Shown one piece after another: positions 17,825 to 28,165 of a stretch of DNA of 42,343 nucleotides. Within the stretch, counting starts at the first letter, position 1, and every line of letters starts with the position of its first letter. Under the pieces are notes generated by a model. It had not been told where the DNA came from. It worked only from the letters and a program-made list of their open reading frames with translations, and ran no database searches. Source of the stretch: a virus (taxonomy: Duplodnaviria; Caudoviricetes); the IMG/VR virus record IMGVR_UViG_3300010376_000066, positions 1-42,343 of that record. One strand, 5' to 3'. The position numbers were made by a program, and so were the translations under genes.

Positions 17825-18192
17825 GCGAGGACCAGGGCCAAGAGCCTTTCGATGATGTGCCGGTCGATGTTGACCTCGACCTGCTAGACGAACAGCTACG
17901 CAAGGAAGTTGTCGGTGAGTCGACAACCGTCCGCCTCGACGGCAAGATCGTTCACATATCGCACGCCAAGGACTGGTCGTCAACCGCGATGCGCGCGGCG
18001 TCGGCCGGTGACTGGGACACCTGGGCACGCGAAGTCATTGACGACGATGCGGAGTTCCAGATCTGGGTCGCGGCCGACCTTCGCAACTACCAGATCGAAG
18101 CGGTGTTCAACGAGTGCGGTAGGCAGTCTCGGATGAACATGGGAAAATCCAGAAGGCGCTCTGGGTCATATCCGAATACTCGGAGGAGGTAG
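17821..18192 (+). CDS. Tail assembly chaperone (G)
   Basis: Lies between the tail tube and tape measure genes; ends MGKS over the slippery site. Confidence 0.85.
   Translation: MSEDQGQEPFDDVPVDVDLDLLDEQLRKEVVGESTTVRLDGKIVHISHAKDWSSTAMRAASAGDWDTWAREVIDDDAEFQIWVAADLRNYQIEAVFNECGRQSRMNMGKSRRRSGSYPNTRRR
18141..18147 (+). promoter_or_regulatory. -1 ribosomal frameshift site GGGAAAA
   Basis: ATG GGA AAA; the -1 frame is open as KIQKALW...EADLQRYYGIDL...SWRRLLVLIEHLPPE to 18635. Confidence 0.9.
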
Positions 18193-18635
18193 AGGCAGAT
18201 CTACAGCGCTACTATGGGATAGACCTGCTGTCTAGTCTCGGCGCGGATCTTTCGTGGCGCAGACTACTGGTACTGATAGAGCATCTACCGCCGGAGGGTG
18301 CTTTGAATACCGCGATTCGGAACGCGACGCCACCTGAGCAGATCGATGCTGCGGCAGGAGATCCGGCGCAGGCTCCATGGAGTACGCTTGAGTCGCTAGT
18401 AGCCGCGCTGATTGATGAGGTGCGGAACTTCGCGTGGATGTACGCCTCCGCTCACTCAAAGACAAGCCCGCAGAAGCCAGAACCGATTCGGCGGCCTGGT
18501 GGCGGCAAGCGTCGTGGGCGTAAGCTGATGCGTATGAGCGACGTTAGGGCGCTCGACCCACGCCTGAAGAACATGAGCGACAACGAGATCCGTAAGCTAC
18601 TTGGCGATAGCCGGGTTGAAGGTGAATCGGCATGA
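18141..18635 (+). CDS. Tail assembly chaperone, frameshifted part (GT)
   Basis: EADLQRYYGIDL and PEPIRRPG motifs; ATGA overlap with the tape measure gene. Confidence 0.85.
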   Translation, partial: GKIQKALWVISEYSEEVEADLQRYYGIDLLSSLGADLSWRRLLVLIEHLPPEGALNTAIRNATPPEQIDAAAGDPAQAPWSTLESLVAALIDEVRNFAWMYASAHSKTSPQKPEPIRRPGGGKRRGRKLMRMSDVRALDPRLKNMSDNEIRKLLGDSRVEGESA

Positions 18636-21600
18636 CCGACATCTTTGTAGGTTCTGTCGCGGTAGGTGTCGTTCCTGATGCTCGCGGGTGGGAAGACAAG
18701 CTACGCCAGCAGATAGTTCCGGACTCGCAGAAGGTAGGCGATGAAGCAGGTAATGCCATAGGCCAAGGCATCAAGGACAAGATGAGGCCTGCTGCTGATG
18801 AGTCGGCTGATGAGTTCAGCAAGGAATTCAAGATTCGCCTGAAGGCTGCGCTAGACAAGCTACCGAAAGCGCAGCTTGAGGGTGACACGACCGGCATTGA
18901 TGCGAAGCTGGAAGAGGTACGGCTTCAGATCAAGGCGATGTCCGAGCAGAAGCTTATCGATACTTCGAAGGCAACTCGTGATCTCGACAAGGTAGCACTA
19001 GAGATCGCGGCGCTGCGTGCTGAGGCGGGTAAGGGGATCTCGCTTGAGGTAGATACTAAGTCGAAGCAGACGCTTGATGTCCTGGCGGGCCTGAAGGATG
19101 TTACGAAGGGGGTTGGCGGTGCTGCTACCGGCGGCCCGCTCGCGACTCTGTCGAAGGACATCACCGGCCTGGAGAGTGCTGTCAGCACCGCGGCAGGCGC
19201 TATCTCGGCGGGTACCGGTATCGTAGGCAACCTTATCAGTATTATGGGGTTCGGCAGCGTAGCTGGTGCTGAGCGGGCGCGTGCGGGTGGAGGGGGATTC
19301 GGAGGTATCGGCGGTATCGCTTCTGGGATTATCGGCGGTGGCTTCGGTAGCTTCATCCCCGGTATCATGCGGATGCTTGGCGGTGGCGGTGGCCAGCGAG
19401 CTATAACCGCAGGTGGCGCAGCCGAGGCAGTTCTGTCCGGTACCGTTATGCGCGCTATTGAGTCGGAGGGTATGCGCGCGATCACCTCAGGCGTACGGCA
19501 GGATATTCCGTGGAATCTGCTTACCCTAGGCAGTGCCGCTCGCGGTGGGAGGCGAGGTCTCTTCAGCGGGCTGCTAGGGATGTTGAGTGGCCGTGGCGGT
19601 GCTATAGCGCAGGCGCTCGGAGGTTTCCATAGCAACCTGTTCGCTACCGGTGGTGGAGGTGGCCTTGTCGGGCGCGGTATCACCGGCGGCATCGGCAATA
19701 TCCTCGGGGCGTTTGGCTGGGGTGGCTACGGCGGGGGTGGCGGAGGCATCTTCTCAAGGCTGTTGGGGGCCGCTGGTGGTGGCGGCGGTGGTGGCGGTAT
19801 TAGTACTCTCGCCAGTACGGCTGGCGCGGATCTGAAGTCTCTTGCCGCGCCAGGGATCATGCCGTATCTGCTAGGTGCCGGAGCGGCTGCTTCCCCGTTC
19901 ATAGGGCAGATTCTCGGAAGCATGCTTATAGGCGCTCTCGGGACAGGCCTTACCGGTGTAGGTCTCACCGGCGCGTTTATGACCGGTCGGCTGGCTAAGC
20001 CTATGGCCGGTCTAGGCAAGCAGGCGACGAGCAGCCTCAAGGACATCGGTACTCCGTTTGTGAATCCCCTCAAGGATATCATAAAGGATGCCGAACACCT
20101 TATGAAGATTATGCAGCCGTGGTTCAAGATGGCTTCAAAGGCCATAGCTCCAGGGTTTGAGACATTCATAGGTGCTCTCCTGAAGGCATTCGGGACTCCG
20201 GCCGTCCAGAAGTCGATTGAGGCGGTTGCGAACGCATTCGACCTTTTGCTTGTTGCTATGGCGAAAGGCGTTGGTCCTGGAGTTACGTCGATAGCGAATG
20301 CCATCACGCAGCTCGCGAATGCCGTAGCGCAGAATCCGAAGGCATTTGCTGACTTCATTGGATTCCTAGTCGATATAGGTGTATGGGTTATCAAGGCGCT
20401 CGCCTACCTTACGCTTGCGGCCGCATGGATGGAGACTCACTGGTCGCAGATCTGGAAGTACGGCGGGTTCGTATTCAACGGGTTCGCGACTGCGGTCAAG
20501 GTCGGGATCACGATGATCACGACGATGGTCAAGGTCTTCGCCGATCTGCTACAAGGGCACTTCAATAAGGCGTGGCATGATCTGCTATCGGGCGCCAAGA
20601 AAATTTGGGGCTTGATGGAGAAGGAATTTACTATGTTCTGGCATTCGCTACTTGCGATTGCCGGGCATTTCCTGGATGGGCTTCGGCATAACATAGCTCA
20701 TACCTTTGACGATATCAGGAGCGATATAGCTTCATGGTTCGATAGCGCTATTGGCTGGATTACGACGCAGGGGTCGAACCTCATTGATGGTTTGTGGCAT
20801 GGTATCTATAGTACCTGGGACAATGATATCGTGCCGTTCTTCACTAAGACGATACCTCAGAACTTTACAAACTGGTTCATGGATGCTGTACACTGGCTAG
20901 TCAACGCCGGGAACAACGTCCTTATGGGGTTGTGGCACGGAATCTATAATACGTGGACTAATGATATTGTCCCGTTCTTCACGAGGACGATCCCGCAGAA
21001 CTTCAGCAACTGGTTCTCCAACGCCATACATTGGCTAGAGCACGCCGGTGGAGATATAATCAGCGGTATGCTCAATGGCATTGACTCAGCTATGGCCAAC
21101 ATCGGTAGCTGGATCGACTCGCATGTCGTGGTGCCGCTTGAGAATGCCGTGAAGAATTTCTTCGGGATCAAGTCGCCCGCAACCAGGATGCGGCCGATTG
21201 GTGCGAACCTCATCACCGGTATCATTCATGGTATGATCGGCGAGGGTAAGCATCTCGGCAAGTTCGTCGCGGACATCTTCGGCTCTTGGCCGCACGCGAT
21301 CCTCTCGTACGTCTCGAAGGGCCTGCTTAGTATCAAGGGCCTGCCTAAGGCGGCAATGAACGCGATCGGTAGCGCTCTTGGATGGGGGTCTAGCACCCTC
21401 AAGCGTGGTCTCGGGTCCGCTGCCAATATCCTCGGCGGTCTCTGGAACTTCATAACCGGCAGGGCCGCCGGTAAGCCTGGCGCGGGTGTCCATCAATGGC
21501 TAGGGACGGTCCTGAGGGCGCTTGGGATGCTACACCTACCCGCGTCGCTCGCGAACCAGGTTCTGTACCAGATGACTACTGAGTCGGGTGGCAACCCGAA

Positions 21601-22045
21601 TGCGATCAACCTGACGGACATCAACGCCAGGATGGGCGACCCGTCGCGCGGTCTCCTCCAGGTTATCGGTACTACGTTCGGGGCATATCACGTGCCGGGC
21701 ACCTCGTATGATATCTATGACCCGCTCGCGAACGTGGCCGCGGCAATCAACTATGCGTATCACCGGTACGGCCCCGGTCTTATGCGTGGCGGTCAGGGCA
21801 TGGGTTCCGGTCACGGTTATGATACTGGTGGCTGGCTTCCTCCGGGGGTTACTATGGCAGTTAACAGGACCGGTCGGCCGGAAGCGATCTTCACGCAAGA
21901 ACAACTAGAGCAAATGGGCGGGACTCAGTATCACGCCCACTTCGATGGGCTGACTGGCGCGGCTATTGAGCAGCATGTAGTTGTGGCGTTCAACCTAATG
22001 ACGATGAAGCAAGGCGCTATGCAGCGACAGGGGAGGCGATCCTGA
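18632..22045 (+). CDS. Tape measure protein with C-terminal lytic transglycosylase domain
   Basis: VGSVAVGVVPDA start, FFGIKSPA, ESGGNPNAINLTDIN..SRGLLQ..DPLANVAAAINY..RYG. Confidence 0.93.
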   Translation: MTDIFVGSVAVGVVPDARGWEDKLRQQIVPDSQKVGDEAGNAIGQGIKDKMRPAADESADEFSKEFKIRLKAALDKLPKAQLEGDTTGIDAKLEEVRLQIKAMSEQKLIDTSKATRDLDKVALEIAALRAEAGKGISLEVDTKSKQTLDVLAGLKDVTKGVGGAATGGPLATLSKDITGLESAVSTAAGAISAGTGIVGNLISIMGFGSVAGAERARAGGGGFGGIGGIASGIIGGGFGSFIPGIMRMLGGGGGQRAITAGGAAEAVLSGTVMRAIESEGMRAITSGVRQDIPWNLLTLGSAARGGRRGLFSGLLGMLSGRGGAIAQALGGFHSNLFATGGGGGLVGRGITGGIGNILGAFGWGGYGGGGGGIFSRLLGAAGGGGGGGGISTLASTAGADLKSLAAPGIMPYLLGAGAAASPFIGQILGSMLIGALGTGLTGVGLTGAFMTGRLAKPMAGLGKQATSSLKDIGTPFVNPLKDIIKDAEHLMKIMQPWFKMASKAIAPGFETFIGALLKAFGTPAVQKSIEAVANAFDLLLVAMAKGVGPGVTSIANAITQLANAVAQNPKAFADFIGFLVDIGVWVIKALAYLTLAAAWMETHWSQIWKYGGFVFNGFATAVKVGITMITTMVKVFADLLQGHFNKAWHDLLSGAKKIWGLMEKEFTMFWHSLLAIAGHFLDGLRHNIAHTFDDIRSDIASWFDSAIGWITTQGSNLIDGLWHGIYSTWDNDIVPFFTKTIPQNFTNWFMDAVHWLVNAGNNVLMGLWHGIYNTWTNDIVPFFTRTIPQNFSNWFSNAIHWLEHAGGDIISGMLNGIDSAMANIGSWIDSHVVVPLENAVKNFFGIKSPATRMRPIGANLITGIIHGMIGEGKHLGKFVADIFGSWPHAILSYVSKGLLSIKGLPKAAMNAIGSALGWGSSTLKRGLGSAANILGGLWNFITGRAAGKPGAGVHQWLGTVLRALGMLHLPASLANQVLYQMTTESGGNPNAINLTDINARMGDPSRGLLQVIGTTFGAYHVPGTSYDIYDPLANVAAAINYAYHRYGPGLMRGGQGMGSGHGYDTGGWLPPGVTMAVNRTGRPEAIFTQEQLEQMGGTQYHAHFDGLTGAAIEQHVVVAFNLMTMKQGAMQRQGRRS
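20771..21070 (+). repeat. 138-bp (46-aa) tandem repeat in the tape measure gene
   Basis: GLWHGIY.TW.NDIVPFFT.TIPQNF.NWF units start at 20771 and 20909, with a partial unit at 21047. Confidence 0.85.
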
Positions 22046-22944
22046 TGTCAGTTGCTCCTGTACCACTAGTCATATCGTACATCGACCCTGACAACAACAC
22101 CTGGAACTTCTCTGACTACACGATGCAGAATGGGTACTGTTGTTCAGCTATATCAGGTATCGAAGGCATCCCGTTGATGCTACAGACGCTTCCGCTCCTC
22201 GATGGTTCGGCCGTACCGGTAACATATATTCCGCAGCCTGGTACGATTGGCTTGGCTATCCTGCTGAGCCGACCGGCGTCCGATAGTGAGAATGATTACT
22301 ACAAGCTGCTCGATGACTTCGTGCGGGCGTTCATCCATCGTCGCAACGAGACTCCCGCGCCAGGCACGCTCATCATTACGCGGCCGGACGGTACGCAGCG
22401 GCAGATCAACGTCTTTACGCTGACCGGACTAGATACGCCCGACGTCGGCAAGAATAATACGTGTCTGTACTCGCTTGCGCTACAGACTCCGAATCCGTTC
22501 TGGCAGGACCTCACTCCGTCGCAGGTGAATTTCGTTATGCCATCGGCTACCGGTATCCTGCCGGAGCTGCCGGTTGATCTTGATGGTCCTGCTCTCTTTG
22601 GCAATGCTTCTGTCAACAACATCGGTACCGCGCTCGCCTACCCGACCTGGACTATCACCGGGCCGGGGACTCCGACTGTCACGAACAATACGACAGGGCT
22701 GTCCTGGAGTATGAATACGGCGATCCCGGCCGGGCAACAGGTACAGGTCGTTACGCAGCGCGGACAGCAGATGGCCGTCAATATCACGACCGGCGTTAGT
22801 GTATGGGGTCAGCTCGTTATGAATACGCCACGTAACTTGTGGCCGCTAGTAGGAGGTAACAACTCGATAACTGTCAATATGCCAGGTTCAACTACTGCGT
22901 CGAAGGTGAACATGAGCTACTTCAATCAATGGAACCGAGCATGA
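22045..22944 (+). CDS. Distal tail protein (Dit)
   Basis: GTLIITRPDGTQR, NPFW, AYPTWTITGPG, LWPLVGGNN; follows the tape measure gene. Confidence 0.85.
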   Translation: MSVAPVPLVISYIDPDNNTWNFSDYTMQNGYCCSAISGIEGIPLMLQTLPLLDGSAVPVTYIPQPGTIGLAILLSRPASDSENDYYKLLDDFVRAFIHRRNETPAPGTLIITRPDGTQRQINVFTLTGLDTPDVGKNNTCLYSLALQTPNPFWQDLTPSQVNFVMPSATGILPELPVDLDGPALFGNASVNNIGTALAYPTWTITGPGTPTVTNNTTGLSWSMNTAIPAGQQVQVVTQRGQQMAVNITTGVSVWGQLVMNTPRNLWPLVGGNNSITVNMPGSTTASKVNMSYFNQWNRA

Positions 22945-25900
22945 GTACGCCTAATGGTACGCGGCCGGGCGTAGATCCATACCTCACTAGTCCCGACTAT
23001 GTTGATGAGTTCTTTGAGAACGGTACCGTCGGCGCTACCGTTGCGACTACTAATACCTCATTTAACAGTACTGCGATGCCGAATGGCAGCCTGACGTTCA
23101 TGACGCCTGGCTATACCGGCCTAGGCGCTAACTCATCAGCGGCTCCGCTTAATTGGGGATCGGCTGCCGCGACTGCCGGTTGGAATGTTCCGACGGCGGC
23201 TGGGCAGGCTTACTCTCAGCATGCTCTCTTTTCCTCGTATCCATACCGAACTGTGATGATCTGTCAGATGCAGACTGCGGCCGGAGCGCAGGTAGCGGAT
23301 CTTGAGATGAGGTCAGACGGTCGCCTACAGATAATTAACAATGCTAATGCTGTGCTAGTCGTTAGCTACAATCCGGTTCCGCTCAATCAATGGGTCAAGA
23401 TCAGGTTTACTGTCTATCCTGATCCGTCGGCCGGAACTGCCAAGATTGAGATATTCTACTCGCCTGCCGCAGCGATTGCTGATGACTCCTCGTCAGTAGC
23501 TTTTGTCGCGATACCGGGCGGTCTATCCGGCAAGGCATGGTTCGGTCTCGATACCCGGTTCGCGGTAACGTGGAATGCTGAAGCCCTGACGAATCTCGGC
23601 GCTTCGGTACCGATCGCCTCTTCACTTGCCGCGCTCCAGGCGAACGGTTTCGTGTACTCCGACACTAACTTCGGGCATAACCAGACAATCCCTAATCCCG
23701 CGACGTACACGTTCACCTCGACGCATACAAAGTCAGTGAACTGGGGCGTTGAGCTTCACACGATTCCGTACTCGTATGCCGCGTCACCGTCGGTCAACAT
23801 CATCAATGCGTACAACCAGTTCGCCGAGAACCCTAACGCGCAGGTAGCCGGTACGCATTCCGGAGCCGCCGCGACGTCTCATGTGATCTCTGTACCGACC
23901 GCTACCTGGGCCGGCAATGCCTTGTTCGTAGCCTTTACGTTCGGCGTCGCTGGCATCACAGGGACGGTAGCTGATAGCGCAGGCAATGTGTTCACGCAGG
24001 TTGGGTCGCAGGCGCTAAACGGGAGTCCTGGCGTTAACCTGTATGTGTACCAGGCGACCGCGCCGGTAAAGGCTATCGCAGCAAATGGTACCGTTACGAT
24101 CACGCCGAGCGCGTCGGCTCCGTGTAACGCTATCGCGTTCTGGGGGTATAGCTGCGGTACCGGCGTGCTGATGAATGGGTCGGCCGGGAATAGCGCCTCT
24201 ATAGCGACAGCTACTGGAACGCTCCCGACTAACTCATCAGGGATCTTCGCTATCCAGTACAACCAGACGCTCGTGAATACGTTCTCGGCTCCGGTCTCAA
24301 ATACTGGAAATATTAGCGGGTCTGGCGCGGGATTCATCTCGGTGGGGTTCCAGGGCGAATTTGGTACCGGTACCGTCACCGTCACGAGTACTACGTCGGC
24401 TGCCGATAACTGGGCACGGATATTGATTGCCTCACCGGCAACGGTGAATACCGGTCACCTAGGGATATCGCAAGCTGTCACTAGTCAGTATATCTGGCTT
24501 CTGCTAGCGATTAGCGGTTCTGCCGGAGGGTCGCCTACGGTTACTGATAGCCATGGGAACACATTTACGCAGGTCGCATTCTACGCACTCTCTTCTGGGC
24601 AGCGCGTCTTCCTGTTCCAGTCTAGCGCGGCGGTTACGTACGCGGCTAGCGGTGATTGGTATTCGGTAGCTACTAGCTACTCGATTAATGGCTGGGCGGA
24701 GATGTTTGCGGTGAGCGGCGTTCTGACGGCCGTTGCGCCATCATTCACCGCGGACAACACCGGCACTAGTGCAACGCCGACGATCTCGAATGCTACGGTC
24801 GGGACAGGCAACAATGCTGTCCTGTGGATAGCGGGCAACAATACTGAAGCGGAGGTAGTTCCGTCCGGGTTTACTCACCTCAATCCTGGTACCGGTTCCG
24901 GGGGTACCGGCGGTTACGCGGGTACGTATGCGGCGCTCGGTATCGCGTACTATGCCGACCGTACCGGTACACTAGTCATCAGTCCGGACTGGGTGTATGA
25001 TGACTTTAATGCTTCAATAGTTTATACCGGCAACTGGGGTAATACTCAGAACGGTCAGAACTTGACACCGCCCGCGACATGGTATGGCGGTACTCAGCAC
25101 TTCTCAAATATCACAGGGAACTATGCGACGCTTAACTTCAACATGCCGATGAGCGGCAGCTTGTATATTCAGTTCTCTGTCGATACGAACAGGGGTATAG
25201 GATCTGTATCAATTGATGGCGGAACTGCTGTCCTTGTCGATACGTACTCATCAACTCTTCACAATAATTTCATGGTTTGGAAATCTCCTATTCTTTCCAA
25301 GGGCAGCCATACGGTAGTCATTACAGTAACCGGAACGAAGAATGCAAACGCAACTGGTTACTATGTTGGTATTGATGTACTCTCAAATATGCCCATCGTA
25401 AGTGGGTATGGCACTATACCTGCTGGAGATTCTTCGATAGTCAACGTTGTATCAACCAATGTAGCTACATCAGGCTCATTCTCGGTTACCGATACTCAGG
25501 GGAATGCATATACACTACTGATGTCGAATACGGCTCCCGGTAATGTCGTGTCGCAGTTCGTATTCGTTTGTTTGAGCCCGAAGGCGCTTGGCGCTAGCGA
25601 TACAATTTCAGTTACATGTACTACGTATTTTGAGGGGTATGCGTCTGCGTACGGTATACAAGGGGTGAACTCGCTTATCGCTACGGCTCCTGGTGGTAGT
25701 GTTACCGCTAGTTCCGTAGACATGAAGGTGACCGTCTCTAGCCAGTGGGCTCCTGTACTGCTATCTGCGACTGTCGCGGTCATAGGATCGGTGCCGTCGC
25801 CTAACGGCCTATGGACTGCTATAGACAACTTGACGATGTCCGGTACCCTCGCCGGAACGATATCACAGAATCTATCATTCAATGTGATGTCGAATGGCCA

Positions 25901-27197
25901 GCCGACTTCATGGTCGTACCTCCTAGACAACTGTACTGTCAAGCAGTACGCGAAGATCCCGGCACCTCCGGATCAGTCGGTGTGGGTAGACATCCTCAAC
26001 ACGAGCTTCGTTAGCCAGGGGATGGTTCAGTACGCGACCGTTACCGCGACGCTCTACTACAACGCGGTAGGATCATGGACTATCCTTGTGCCGTACTCGG
26101 AGTGGTTGTGGAAGCAGATCACGAGCGGCGACTTCATAGTCAGGGTGAACTGGCGTAACCTGTTTGAGTTTGGCGGCAAGTGTGAGCAGCCCGCGTATGT
26201 TGACTCGCTACCAGGCTCCATGGGAGCGTCGGCTGGTACGTCCGGAAACTACTCAGGACCATTCATCACCCTGAATGGTGGGGATTATCTCCAGATCCTC
26301 GCGAACCGGATCTGCTACCCGGACCCGACGAAGGCATGGTCCGGCCAGCTGCCCGGTGATGCGGATGTCGTTGTCAATACTCCTCTTGAGACGGCTATCA
26401 AGCATTACGTCTCGGTCAATGCTGGATCGGGAGCTATCTCAGGCCGGTCGCATCCACTTCTTGATGTTGCTACTGATCAGGCACGCGGCCCGAATGTCAA
26501 CTACTCGGTCAAGTTCGGGTCGGGTGTCGACCTTGGGCTGCTTGATGTCCTGCGGGCGATGATATCTCAGGCATACCCGAATTCGCCTAGCCCGAACATG
26601 GGATTCAGAATAACGCGGAATGGGCAACGTCTCCTGTTCGATGTCTATACCCCGGTTGACAAATCGCAGACGGCATACTTCTCAGAGGAGCTTGGCAACC
26701 TTACTTCTGTCAATCTCTCCCTGACTGATCCAACGTGTACCGACGCGCTTGTTCAGGGATCGACTCCAACGACTTCGGGCAGCGTGTTCTATCAGCTATC
26801 CGGTAACAACATAACTCCATGGAACAAGACAGAAGTATTCGTTGATGGCACGAACGAGACCGATACGAACAACATACATACGCTTGCGAGCAATCAGTTG
26901 TTCTCTGGTACTTGGGGCCCAACCCTGGGCAATACCGTATCTGATACTCCGTTCTGTGTATACGGTCGCGACTATATCCTTGGTGACATCGTTACGATCG
27001 AGGTGCGCCCCGGCATCACTTATACTGACGTTGTTACGAGCGTTACGCTTACCGCTGACGCTTCACAGACGCCAACGCTTAATGTCGTGCCTACAATAGG
27101 CAATTCGACCGACTCGACTTCAGCAGACAAGAGTGTCATAAATCAGCTCACGAGTCGCATTAGGAATATTGAGAAGAAACTGCGGAGGGTAACGTGA
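22941..27197 (+). CDS. Large tail protein: ~1000 aa of adhesion-type domains fused to a C-terminal Gp37-like baseplate hub
   Basis: C-terminal YNAVGSWTI, FDVYTP, GNL, YGRDYILGDIVTIE; N-terminal DSxGN.FT repeats and a CBM-like domain. Confidence 0.8.
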   Translation: MSTPNGTRPGVDPYLTSPDYVDEFFENGTVGATVATTNTSFNSTAMPNGSLTFMTPGYTGLGANSSAAPLNWGSAAATAGWNVPTAAGQAYSQHALFSSYPYRTVMICQMQTAAGAQVADLEMRSDGRLQIINNANAVLVVSYNPVPLNQWVKIRFTVYPDPSAGTAKIEIFYSPAAAIADDSSSVAFVAIPGGLSGKAWFGLDTRFAVTWNAEALTNLGASVPIASSLAALQANGFVYSDTNFGHNQTIPNPATYTFTSTHTKSVNWGVELHTIPYSYAASPSVNIINAYNQFAENPNAQVAGTHSGAAATSHVISVPTATWAGNALFVAFTFGVAGITGTVADSAGNVFTQVGSQALNGSPGVNLYVYQATAPVKAIAANGTVTITPSASAPCNAIAFWGYSCGTGVLMNGSAGNSASIATATGTLPTNSSGIFAIQYNQTLVNTFSAPVSNTGNISGSGAGFISVGFQGEFGTGTVTVTSTTSAADNWARILIASPATVNTGHLGISQAVTSQYIWLLLAISGSAGGSPTVTDSHGNTFTQVAFYALSSGQRVFLFQSSAAVTYAASGDWYSVATSYSINGWAEMFAVSGVLTAVAPSFTADNTGTSATPTISNATVGTGNNAVLWIAGNNTEAEVVPSGFTHLNPGTGSGGTGGYAGTYAALGIAYYADRTGTLVISPDWVYDDFNASIVYTGNWGNTQNGQNLTPPATWYGGTQHFSNITGNYATLNFNMPMSGSLYIQFSVDTNRGIGSVSIDGGTAVLVDTYSSTLHNNFMVWKSPILSKGSHTVVITVTGTKNANATGYYVGIDVLSNMPIVSGYGTIPAGDSSIVNVVSTNVATSGSFSVTDTQGNAYTLLMSNTAPGNVVSQFVFVCLSPKALGASDTISVTCTTYFEGYASAYGIQGVNSLIATAPGGSVTASSVDMKVTVSSQWAPVLLSATVAVIGSVPSPNGLWTAIDNLTMSGTLAGTISQNLSFNVMSNGQPTSWSYLLDNCTVKQYAKIPAPPDQSVWVDILNTSFVSQGMVQYATVTATLYYNAVGSWTILVPYSEWLWKQITSGDFIVRVNWRNLFEFGGKCEQPAYVDSLPGSMGASAGTSGNYSGPFITLNGGDYLQILANRICYPDPTKAWSGQLPGDADVVVNTPLETAIKHYVSVNAGSGAISGRSHPLLDVATDQARGPNVNYSVKFGSGVDLGLLDVLRAMISQAYPNSPSPNMGFRITRNGQRLLFDVYTPVDKSQTAYFSEELGNLTSVNLSLTDPTCTDALVQGSTPTTSGSVFYQLSGNNITPWNKTEVFVDGTNETDTNNIHTLASNQLFSGTWGPTLGNTVSDTPFCVYGRDYILGDIVTIEVRPGITYTDVVTSVTLTADASQTPTLNVVPTIGNSTDSTSADKSVINQLTSRIRNIEKKLRRVT

Positions 27198-28165
27198 CCA
27201 CGTATGACGCCCGGCCTAGCGCCTTCACTCAGCTTACGACGACAACCGAGTGGGAAGCGTTCTGTTCCGCCGCGAACATCTATGACGGTGTCGATAGCAG
27301 TAACAGCTTCGCGCCATCACTCGATACGGGCGGCCGCAATGCTGTGATGGGCGCGGGTTCCTGTCTTATCAAGGGCATGTTGTGGCGGGCGGATGCGAAC
27401 GTATCAGTACCCATCCCTGCTGCAGCATCCCAAGACAGGATTGACTACCTCGTTCTCCAGCTGAACCGCGCCGCGTCAACGTCACCAACCGTCATCCAGC
27501 CGGTCGTCGTCACCGGCGCTCCGGCAGCTACCCCGGTACCGCCTACGCTAACTCAGAACGCGACCGGGATTTTCCAGATCCCGATATCGCAGTGGACGGC
27601 ACATTCGACTGGTGTCCTCGACACGATGTACGACGCGAGACTGTATACTCAGCGAGCGCCCCGGAAGATCGCGAACATAGGCTCTCACGTAGCGAACAGC
27701 ACGAACTACTTCAGCGTGCATCAGTCAGTATATATTCCGCCGCTCGATTGCGCGGCTGGCGCGGTAGTCCATAAGTTCAGGGTCGCCGGGAACGGTACGC
27801 AGGCGACCGGTACTGCCGTTCAGATGAACTGGCAACTCGCCTATCAGGGCAACACCATTACACAGGTCGGCGACAATGGCAATATTCCGGCCGGGGTAGG
27901 GTTCAACTGGCTGTATGATGGAGAGTTCATGATATTCCCGGATGGTTCCGCTATGTCTCTGAGTACCATGGTGCAGTCTCGCTCGATTAATACTCCAAGT
28001 ACCGCGCAGAGCACGAAAACTCAGTCTCAGACGTTCGCGGCCGGATATATCAATATAGGTCAGGGCGGCAGTATAGCGCTCCAGATAGGATGGGCGTCGA
28101 TAACAGGATCTCCGATCGCTACCGGTCTCGGCTTTGCATACGAAAGAGCGCAGGTGAGTGTTTAG
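27194..28165 (+). CDS. Minor tail protein
   Basis: DRIDYLVLQL...VVTGAPAATPVPPTL...FQIPI, typical of actinophage minor tail proteins. Confidence 0.8.
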   Translation: MTTYDARPSAFTQLTTTTEWEAFCSAANIYDGVDSSNSFAPSLDTGGRNAVMGAGSCLIKGMLWRADANVSVPIPAAASQDRIDYLVLQLNRAASTSPTVIQPVVVTGAPAATPVPPTLTQNATGIFQIPISQWTAHSTGVLDTMYDARLYTQRAPRKIANIGSHVANSTNYFSVHQSVYIPPLDCAAGAVVHKFRVAGNGTQATGTAVQMNWQLAYQGNTITQVGDNGNIPAGVGFNWLYDGEFMIFPDGSAMSLSTMVQSRSINTPSTAQSTKTQSQTFAAGYINIGQGGSIALQIGWASITGSPIATGLGFAYERAQVSV

